From: an uncultured Steroidobacteraceae bacterium
GTDB taxonomy: Bacteria; Pseudomonadota; Gammaproteobacteria; Steroidobacterales; Steroidobacteraceae
Length of the DNA stretch: 29,058 bases
Assembly (NCBI GenBank): GCA_964600535.1
Contig: CAZRLI010000001.1
Location: 1-29,058 of the forward strand
Direction: 5' to 3'
The notes under the pieces were generated by a model. It saw nothing but the letters and a program-made list of their open reading frames with translations. It searched no databases and was not told the DNA's origin. This document shows, one piece after another, positions 17,141 through 24,373 of this stretch. How positions within the stretch are numbered: position 1 is the first letter of the stretch; each line of letters begins with the position of its first letter. The position numbers and the translations under genes are program-made.

Positions 17141-17935
17141 ATGCGAATCATGCAGGTCAGGGGTCTCGCGGGAGCGTGGGTGTGTGCTGCCATGGCCGTG
17201 CTGCTCGCCGGCTGCGCGGGCGGAGCTGGCCGGCCTGATGCGCCGGCGAAGGCCGGAACCCTGCTCGTGGCCGGCGCGACCGGCGGTACCGGGCGCGAGG
17301 TCGTGGCGCTCGCGCTCGAGCGGGGCTACACGGTGCGCGTCCTGGTGCGCGACGAGGCGCGGGCGCGGGCCCTGTTCGGCGATCGCGTCAGCTATGTGGT
17401 GGCAGACGTGCGCAACAGCGCGGCGCTGCCCGCCGCGGTCGCGGGCGCCGAGTACGTGATCAGCGTGCTGGGCTCCAACAGCCGGCGCGAGCCCGACAAC
17501 AAGCCGGAGCTGATCGACTTCGGCGCGGTGAAGGCCCTGGCGCAAAGCGCGCAAGCGGCCGGCGTCCGCCACTTCGTGCTGCAGTCCTCGATGGGTGTCA
17601 CCGATCCCGACCACATGCTCAACAAGATCCTCGACAACGTGCTGGTCTGGAAGCTGCGGGGCGAGGATGCGCTGCGCGCCTCCGGCGTGCCGTACACGAT
17701 CGTGCGCCCGGGCGGGTTGCAGGATGGACCGGGGGGCAGCGGCGGCTTCAAGGTGATGCAGGGCGACCCGAAGGTGCTGGGGCTGACCACGCGCGCTGAC
17801 GTTGCCTCGATCCTGGTGAACGCGCTCGGTCGCAAGGACGCACTCGGCAAGACCTTCGAAGTGGTCGCCGATCCGAATGGCACGCCACCCGACTGGAACC
17901 GCTTCTTCCGGCCATTGAAGCCCGATGCGCGCTGA
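17141..17935 (+). CDS. Atypical SDR / NAD(P)H-binding protein (Tic62/At5g02240-like) with lipoprotein signal peptide, 264 aa
   Basis: SD AAGGGGAG, lipobox LAGC (Cys25), [38 protein letters not shown]. Confidence 0.85.
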   Translation: MRIMQVRGLAGAWVCAAMAVLLAGCAGGAGRPDAPAKAGTLLVAGATGGTGREVVALALERGYTVRVLVRDEARARALFGDRVSYVVADVRNSAALPAAVAGAEYVISVLGSNSRREPDNKPELIDFGAVKALAQSAQAAGVRHFVLQSSMGVTDPDHMLNKILDNVLVWKLRGEDALRASGVPYTIVRPGGLQDGPGGSGGFKVMQGDPKVLGLTTRADVASILVNALGRKDALGKTFEVVADPNGTPPDWNRFFRPLKPDAR

Positions 17936-19259
17936 CACCGCGCGGCAGGCTTCCCCGCTGGTGCGCTTCCTCGGCCGCGTCGCGCGCGTCGAGCCGCGCG
18001 AGGCGCCCGCCGTGATCACGGCATTCCTGCTCTTCTTCTGCGTGCTCGGTGGCTATTTCGCCGTGCGTCCGCTGCGCGAGACCATCGCGACCATCCTCGG
18101 CGGCGATCGCGTTGCCGACGTATGGGTAGTCACCTCGATCGGTGCGGTCGCCATCGTGCCGCTCTACGGCTGGCTCGTCGGCCGCGTGCGCCGCTCGCTG
18201 CTGATGCCGTCGATCTACGGTTTCGTCGCGGTTTCGCTCGCGACCTTCGGCCTGCTGTTCCGCGCGCATCCCGAGGACATGGCGGTCGGCTCCACCTTCT
18301 ACGTGTGGATCAGCGTGCTGAACCTCATGCTCGTGTCGGTGTTCTGGAGCTTCCTGCTCGAGCTCTTCGACAGCGCCCAGGCGAAGCGGCTGTTCGGTTT
18401 CATCGCCGCGGGCGGCACCACCGGCGCGCTCGTCGGGCCGTTGCTCACCGACCTCACGGTGCAGCACATCGGCAATGCGGGCGTGCTGTTCATCGGCGCG
18501 ACGCTGTTCGTCGGCGCGATCGTCGCACAGCGCGTGCTGGTCTCGATCTGGAAGGCGGGGCGCGCCGGGCAGGCCGCGCCGGTCGATCGCGGCCTCGGCG
18601 GCAACCCGTTCGCGGGATTCGCGATCGTGCTGCGCTCGCCTTACCTGCTGATGCTCGCGCTGTTCGTCGTGCTGCTCTCGAGCGTCAACACGTTCCTCTA
18701 TTTCGAGCAGCTCAACATCGTGCGCGAGACCTTCCCGGACGTCGCGCGCCGCACGCAGGTCTTTGCGCGCATCGATTACGTGGTGCAGGCGCTGACGGTA
18801 CTGTCGCAGGTCTTCCTGACCGGCCGCATCGCGGCGACTTTCGGCGTGCGCGCGCTGCTCGTCACGGTCCCGCTGATGATGGTGGCGGGCTTCCTCGCGC
18901 TCGCAGCGATCGGCGGTTTCGCGGTGCTGGCCGGGGCGATGATCCTGCGCCGCTGGGGCGAGTACGCGTTCATCCGCCCGGGTCGCGAGATGCTGTTCAG
19001 CCGCCTCGACACCGAATCGAAGTACAAGGCGAAGAACCTGATCGACGTACCGGTCTACCGTGGCGCCGACCTGCTGGTCGCGCAATTGCAGAGCGCGCTC
19101 AAGCAGGGTGGGCTCTCGAGCGCCGGCGCCGCGCTGCTCGGCGCCGGTGCCGCGCTCGCCTGGGCAGCGGTGGGACTGTGGCTCGGACGGCGAGCCGAGG
19201 GCGGCGGCGCGCCCGCCCCGCGCCCGCAGGCGGGCGAGGGGGGTGCGGGCGGTCGCTAG
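17925..19259 (+). CDS. MFS-fold transporter related to nucleotide (ATP/ADP) translocases, COG3202-like
   Basis: About 12 hydrophobic segments. Motifs [43 protein letters not shown]. Overlaps the SDR stop. Confidence 0.8.
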   Translation: MRADTARQASPLVRFLGRVARVEPREAPAVITAFLLFFCVLGGYFAVRPLRETIATILGGDRVADVWVVTSIGAVAIVPLYGWLVGRVRRSLLMPSIYGFVAVSLATFGLLFRAHPEDMAVGSTFYVWISVLNLMLVSVFWSFLLELFDSAQAKRLFGFIAAGGTTGALVGPLLTDLTVQHIGNAGVLFIGATLFVGAIVAQRVLVSIWKAGRAGQAAPVDRGLGGNPFAGFAIVLRSPYLLMLALFVVLLSSVNTFLYFEQLNIVRETFPDVARRTQVFARIDYVVQALTVLSQVFLTGRIAATFGVRALLVTVPLMMVAGFLALAAIGGFAVLAGAMILRRWGEYAFIRPGREMLFSRLDTESKYKAKNLIDVPVYRGADLLVAQLQSALKQGGLSSAGAALLGAGAALAWAAVGLWLGRRAEGGGAPAPRPQAGEGGAGGR

Positions 19260-20659
19260 AGCGTCGCGGCGATTGCCGCGTGCGACGCACTCTCCGGGTC
19301 CGCCGGCGCGGAGGTGCTGCCTGCACCCTCTGCACCCGGCAGCGCCGCGAGCAGTTCCTCGGCGCTCGCGTAGCGCAGGCCCGGCGCCTTCGCGAGCAGC
19401 TTGTTGACCAGGGGCTGCAGCGCCGCGTGTTCGGCCGGCAATCGCGGCACGGGCGCCGACACGTGCTCCTGCAGCACTTCGATCGCCGTTGCACCCGTGA
19501 AGGGCTTGCGGCCGCTCAGCATCTCGTGCAGCACGATGCCGAGGCTGTAGAGGTCGCTGCGCGCGTCGAGGGTCGCGCCCTGCGCCTGCTCGGGGCTCAT
19601 GTAGTAGGGTGAGCCACGCAACATCCCGGTGTGCGTCGTGGTCGTTTCGGCACACATCGGCCGGGCGAGGCCGAAGTCGATCAGCACGATCTCGTCGTTT
19701 TCGCGCAGCATCACGTTCGGCGGCTTCAGGTCCCGGTGCACGAGGCCGGCAGCGTGCACGACCGCGAGCGCGCGCGCGATCTTGCGCACGTAGTCGAGCG
19801 CCTCACCGGCCGCCATCGGGCGCTGCAGCCGTGCCTTGAGGTCGCCGCGCGGGAAATACTCCATCGCGAGGTATTCGAGGCCCTCGTGGACCCCATAGTC
19901 GTAGATATCGATGATCGACGGGTCGTGGATCGAGGACAGGACCTCGTACTCGCGCGCAAACGGCTGCCGTGCGGCGTGCTGCAGCGCCGCGTCCTCGCCG
20001 CCGGTCGGCGCGTCCGCTTCATCGACGCGCGTCACCTTGAGCGCGACCAGGGCGTCGAGCTCGAAGCTCGTCGCGAGGTAGACCACCGCGCGATCGGACT
20101 CGCCGAGGACGTCGAGGATCGCGTAACGCGGAATCAGGTTGCGCGGCAATCGCGCGCGCGCGGCCGGCGCGCCTCCGACTGCCGGCGTGCGCGACGGCGG
20201 GAGCGCTTCGGCCTTGCGTTCGCGCTCACTGAGGCGGCGGCGCTCGACCAGCCGCAGCGCGATCTTGATCGAGGTGCCGAGGCGCGCCGGCGTGAGCAGG
20301 TGTTTCGGCAGGTAGTCGCTGGCGCCGAGGCGGATCGCGCGCACCGCGGTCAGCTCGTTGCCGCCGGATGCGATCGCGATGATCGGCGGCAGCAGCGTCT
20401 GGTCGCGCAGCCGGCGCAGCCAGCCGAGGCCATCCGCCGTCGCATCGTCGACGCTCTCGCCGAAGTTCATGGCGAGCAGCAGTGCGTCCCAGTCGCGGAA
20501 CTGCACGCGCTCCCGGCGACGCTCGAACTCGCGCACGTCGATGAATTCGACTTGCGCGTCCGGCAACACCGCGCCGACGTGGGCCGTGAGCCAGGCACCG
20601 TAGCGGGCGTCGTCGTCGATGATCAGGATCCGCTGGGACATGCTGGTCACGCCGCTCAC
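19256..20659 (-). CDS. Receiver-like domain fused to a Hanks-type Ser/Thr protein kinase, cytoplasmic (alternative ATG at 20641)
   Basis: REC: IIDDD, GASDYLPK. Kinase: VALK, HRDLKPPN, DFG, GSPYYMSPE, DLYSLG. No TM segment. GTGA overlap with the upstream gene. Confidence 0.9.
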   Translation of the reverse strand: MSGVTSMSQRILIIDDDARYGAWLTAHVGAVLPDAQVEFIDVREFERRRERVQFRDWDALLLAMNFGESVDDATADGLGWLRRLRDQTLLPPIIAIASGGNELTAVRAIRLGASDYLPKHLLTPARLGTSIKIALRLVERRRLSERERKAEALPPSRTPAVGGAPAARARLPRNLIPRYAILDVLGESDRAVVYLATSFELDALVALKVTRVDEADAPTGGEDAALQHAARQPFAREYEVLSSIHDPSIIDIYDYGVHEGLEYLAMEYFPRGDLKARLQRPMAAGEALDYVRKIARALAVVHAAGLVHRDLKPPNVMLRENDEIVLIDFGLARPMCAETTTTHTGMLRGSPYYMSPEQAQGATLDARSDLYSLGIVLHEMLSGRKPFTGATAIEVLQEHVSAPVPRLPAEHAALQPLVNKLLAKAPGLRYASAEELLAALPGAEGAGSTSAPADPESASHAAIAATL

Positions 20660-22566
20660 TGCAGGTCGAAGCGGATGCGCAGCTTCGCGCGCTGCGCAAC
20701 CGGGACGCCGTTGCGTTCGACGGGCCTGAAGCGCCAGCGCGCGATCGCGTCCGAGGCGGCCTGGTCGAAGACGCCTGCGGGCGTCGCGGCGATGACGCGC
20801 ACGTCGCCGACCGTGCCCTTGGGCGACACGGTGAACTCGAGGTCCACCCAGCCAGACTGGCCGCGGGCCTGCGCGTCCGCCGGGTACTGCGGCTCGACCT
20901 TGCGCACCAGCGACAGCCGGCTGGCCGGCACCACTTCGTTCGCGCGACCCTCGAGGGCGCGCTGGGTCGCGATGTCCCGCCGCGCGTTCGTGATGTCGGT
21001 TCCGCCGGGGCCGATGGCCTCGGCCTCCGCCACCCAGCGCTCCGCGCCCTCGGGGTCGGTGCGCGCGAGCGCGCCGCGCGCTTCGGCGATCATTGCCTTG
21101 CCGAGTGCATCACGGGCGGCCAGCGTCGCGGGGGCCTGCGGGTCCGTGTCGCGCATGCGCAGGTACCAGGCGCGGGCGCTGTCCGTGGCGGGGTCGACCA
21201 GGCGGTTCTGCTGCAGTCGTTCGTTGAACTGCTGCGCGAGGGTGTCGAGGGCCGCGGCCCTGTTCTCGATGCGCGCGCCCTGCAGCGCGCGCCGCAGCTC
21301 CGCGAGGTCCGCCCGCGTGACGCCGCCTTCTTCGCTGGCGGCGATCCAGCGTTCGGCCGCGGCGAGGTCGCCGGCACCGATCGCCGTGTTCGCCGCACCC
21401 ACCAGCGCCGACCGCAGCGCGTCCTCGGCGGCTGGCAGGCCGGCGGCCTCGGGTGCGAGCGCGCGCGCGGACTCGATGTAGAAGCGCGCGTTGTCCTGCG
21501 CCGGCTCGAGCAACGCCCCCGAGCCGATGCGCGCCCGGGCGAGTGCGAGGAAGCCGCCGGCCTGCTGTTGCGCTTCCTGCTGCTGCAGTTCGCGCTTGGC
21601 GGCACCGATCAGCTCGGATCCGGTGGCGGACCCGCTCTCGAGCACGGCAATGGCGCGCTCGAGGTTGCCGTCCGCGGCGGCCTTGCGCGCGGCGGCGAGC
21701 AGTTGACGTTCACGCTCCTTGCCAACCTGGGTCGCGACGAAGGCGACGCGCGGATGATCGGGCCGCAGGTCACGGGCCATCGTCACGAGACGCGCCGCCT
21801 CATCGACCTTTTCCGAGAGCAGCGCCTTCTCGGCATCCTCGAGCAGGCGATCGATCGCCGCATCGGGGCCGGCGGCAGCGGCGCGCGCGGGCGGGGCCTG
21901 CGGCGCGGAGCGTGCACTGCCAGGCGCCGTCGCGACCGTGGATGGCGTGGCAGCCGCTGCGACCGGCCGGGCCGCCGGGACCGGGGGTGCCCGGCGAGTC
22001 GACCAAGCGATCGCCACGGCCGTGGCGATCGCAAGGGCGAGGCCACCGGCCGCGAGCGCGGCCGGCGGGCGCTTGCGGGGCGCACGCGCCGGTGCGGCGG
22101 GGAGTGCCACGGCGGGCGGCGTCGAGGTATCGCTGCGGCGGAAGGCCGATTCCACGAACAGTTTCACGCGCTGCGCGGAAACGGGCTTGTGCAGGAAGCG
22201 ATACACGCGCCCGTCGGTGATCTGCGAAGCGAGCGAGCCCTGGTCAGAGACCGTGCCCGCAACCACGAGCACGAGGTCGGGAAACTGGTTGCGGAGGCGA
22301 TCGGTGAACTGCGCGATCGGTTGATGGCAAGCGGCGCTGTCGATCAGCACCGCGCGCACCTGGCTCGCGAGCAGACGGTCGATCAGCGCGGTGTCGGTGG
22401 CGACGACCGCGACGTGATGCCCGGCGTCGACGGCGGCGCGCAGCGTGTCGACGAGTGCGGCATCCTGGGTGAGGGCCAGCATGCCCGGCGCGGGCGACGC
22501 AGGCGCGAAGCCGGAGCGATGGGCCGGCTTTTCCTCGCGGGGTCTCTGTGCAGGGCTTTCCGCCAC
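20656..22566 (-). CDS. Receiver domain - TM - helical repeats - TonB C-terminal domain protein, 636 aa
   Basis: N-terminal REC (VLIDS…YRFLHKP), Pro/Ala linker, TM (ALAAGGLALAIATAVAIAW), TPR-like helices, and TonB_C (PQYPADA…GWVDLEFTV..G.V…FDQAA..AIARWRF.P). SD GGAG. Confidence 0.87.
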   Translation of the reverse strand: MAESPAQRPREEKPAHRSGFAPASPAPGMLALTQDAALVDTLRAAVDAGHHVAVVATDTALIDRLLASQVRAVLIDSAACHQPIAQFTDRLRNQFPDLVLVVAGTVSDQGSLASQITDGRVYRFLHKPVSAQRVKLFVESAFRRSDTSTPPAVALPAAPARAPRKRPPAALAAGGLALAIATAVAIAWSTRRAPPVPAARPVAAAATPSTVATAPGSARSAPQAPPARAAAAGPDAAIDRLLEDAEKALLSEKVDEAARLVTMARDLRPDHPRVAFVATQVGKERERQLLAAARKAAADGNLERAIAVLESGSATGSELIGAAKRELQQQEAQQQAGGFLALARARIGSGALLEPAQDNARFYIESARALAPEAAGLPAAEDALRSALVGAANTAIGAGDLAAAERWIAASEEGGVTRADLAELRRALQGARIENRAAALDTLAQQFNERLQQNRLVDPATDSARAWYLRMRDTDPQAPATLAARDALGKAMIAEARGALARTDPEGAERWVAEAEAIGPGGTDITNARRDIATQRALEGRANEVVPASRLSLVRKVEPQYPADAQARGQSGWVDLEFTVSPKGTVGDVRVIAATPAGVFDQAASDAIARWRFRPVERNGVPVAQRAKLRIRFDLQ

Positions 22567-22645
22567 GGCTCGCTCCGTTCCAATAGGGCGGATTTACAGG
22601 GGTTTATGGCAATTTTCTGTGACCCTGGTCCTTCCCGGGGATTCC

Positions 22646-22673
22646 CCGACCGTCGCCCGCGGGCGACGGTCGG
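22646..22673. repeat. Perfect 28-bp palindrome CCGACCGTCGCCCG|CGGGCGACGGTCGG
   Basis: Exact reverse-complement halves with no spacer, in the divergent intergenic region 22567-22719. Confidence 0.9.
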
Positions 22674-22684
22674 ATATGCGAACC

Positions 22685-22713
22685 GTGTCACACTCGAGGT
22701 GGCCGGCTATCAT
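22685..22713 (+). promoter_or_regulatory. Sigma70-like promoter GTGTCA-17-TATCAT, predicted +1 at the A of ATG 22720
   Basis: Hexamer spacing counted from the sequence. No SD upstream of 22720 or 22726. Confidence 0.45.
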
Positions 22714-22719
22714 CGGCCG

Positions 22720-23664
22720 ATGGCCATGCGAACGCGATTCCTGCCGGCTCTCATCGCCCTGCTCGCGCTGTGCTGCCAGCCGCTGGCTGCGAACGCGGGC
22801 GTGAGCGGTGCGCAGGAGCGCGCCGCCCAGGAGTTCCTCGCCGCGATGGCCTCGGGCAGCCCGCAGGCGGTGGCCGAGGCGCTGCATCCCGACGACCTGC
22901 ATCGCCTGCGCGTGGCGATCACGGCGCGCCTGCGGGCGGACGCAGCGGTCGGCGACCACGCGGTGCGCGAGCGCCTGTTCGGCGAGGCGTCAAACCTCGG
23001 CGAAATCGAGCGCCTCACCGATGTCAGCTTCTTTGCGGCGTTCGGCAGCCGCCTGCGCTACCCGGGCCGCGTGTTCTCGAAAGTGGATGGCCTCGAAGCG
23101 GTGCGCGACGGCGACAAGCAGGTGCACGTGGTGGTCCGGGGTACCCAGCCCGAGGGTCGCGGCAAGACGCGCGTCGTGCGGCTGGTGACGCTGCTGCCGT
23201 ATGGCAAGGAATGGAAGGCGGCGGTGCCGAGCGAGATCGAGGCGCAGGTCGAGGATCTGCTCGATGGCCGCGAGGCCTCGACCGGCCTCACGCCGCGACG
23301 GGTGGCCGCGCCTGCCGGCGCCGCCGCGGCGCCCGCGGCCAACTCGCCCGGGATGCGCGCGATGCTGGTCGATGCCGCGCGCGCGCTGGTCGACGGGCAC
23401 TGCGACGACTACTACGGGAAGTACATGAGCCCGGGCTTTCGACGCGAGACCTCGGCGCAGGCGCTGGCCACGCTGGTCAGGAGCTGCGAGCGCAGCGACT
23501 CGCTGCGCGAAACGCTGATCACGGCGCTGCGCATCGTGCACGATTCGGTGCCGGTGTTCGATCGCGGCGGCAACCGCGCGAGCTACGACACCACCGGGCG
23601 CGGCCTGCCCTTCGACCACTTCGTGCTCGAGCGCGACGGCGACCGCTGGTACATCGCGGAATGA
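22720..23664 (+). CDS. Secreted hypothetical protein, probably two small alpha/beta (NTF2-like?) domains (alternative ATG at 22726)
   Basis: Signal peptide MRTRFLPALIALLALCCQPLAANA. Two segments beginning AAQEFLAAM and ARALVDG are separated by an Ala/Pro linker. Stop overlaps the GNAT start (ATGA). Confidence 0.75.
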   Translation: MAMRTRFLPALIALLALCCQPLAANAGVSGAQERAAQEFLAAMASGSPQAVAEALHPDDLHRLRVAITARLRADAAVGDHAVRERLFGEASNLGEIERLTDVSFFAAFGSRLRYPGRVFSKVDGLEAVRDGDKQVHVVVRGTQPEGRGKTRVVRLVTLLPYGKEWKAAVPSEIEAQVEDLLDGREASTGLTPRRVAAPAGAAAAPAANSPGMRAMLVDAARALVDGHCDDYYGKYMSPGFRRETSAQALATLVRSCERSDSLRETLITALRIVHDSVPVFDRGGNRASYDTTGRGLPFDHFVLERDGDRWYIAE

Positions 23665-24170
23665 GCGAACTGACGATCCGGGCCGCCGGCGCCGCCGATG
23701 CCGCGCTGCTGCTTTCGCTGATCCGCGGCCTCGCCGAGTACGAGAAGCTCGCGCACGAGATGGTCGCCACCGAAGCACAACTCGCGGCCGAGCTCGCCGC
23801 CGCGCGGCCCGTCGTGCACGCGCTGGTCGCCGAGCGCGCCGGGCGTGCCGTGGGCTTCGCGCTCTACTTCTTCAGCTTCTCGACCTTCCTCGCGCGCCAG
23901 GGCCTGTACCTCGAGGACCTCTACGTGCTGCCCGGGGAGCGCGGCGGCGGTGTCGGGCGCGCGCTGCTTGGCGAGCTCGCGCGCCGTGCGGCGCAACGGG
24001 GCTGCGGGCGCATGGAATGGTCGGTACTGGACTGGAACACGGACGCGCAGCGCTTCTACCGCGGCATCGGCGCGCGGCCGATGGACGAATGGACCGTCTG
24101 GCGCCTCGATCGCGCAGGCATCACGGCGCTAGGCTACGATCGGAAACCAGACAGGAGGAGCAAATCATGA
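23661..24170 (+). CDS. GNAT N-acetyltransferase (SSAT/diamine acetyltransferase-like), 169 aa
   Basis: LAEYEK, GFALYF..FSTF..GLYLEDLYV…RGGGVG, MEWSVLDWN..A..FY. Confidence 0.9.
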   Translation: MSELTIRAAGAADAALLLSLIRGLAEYEKLAHEMVATEAQLAAELAAARPVVHALVAERAGRAVGFALYFFSFSTFLARQGLYLEDLYVLPGERGGGVGRALLGELARRAAQRGCGRMEWSVLDWNTDAQRFYRGIGARPMDEWTVWRLDRAGITALGYDRKPDRRSKS

Positions 24171-24367
24171 CGGTAGCCAAGGTCAGCGAGATCATCGCGA
24201 GCTCCACGAAGGGATTTGACGACGCGATCGCAAGCGGCGTGAAGCGCGCGACCAAGACCCTGAAGGGCGTCCAGTCGGCCTGGGTGGCCGACCAGGAAGT
24301 GCTCGTGAAGAACGACAAGGTGATCGAGTATCGCGTGCGCCTCAAGGTCACGTTCGTGCTCAAGTAG
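24167..24367 (+). CDS. Dodecin-family protein, 66 aa
   Basis: Strong SD AGGAGG. KVSEII.SS..FDDAI..G..RA.KTL…W…YRV.LKVTF. Confidence 0.9.
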   Translation: MTVAKVSEIIASSTKGFDDAIASGVKRATKTLKGVQSAWVADQEVLVKNDKVIEYRVRLKVTFVLK

Positions 24368-24373
24368 CCGGTC

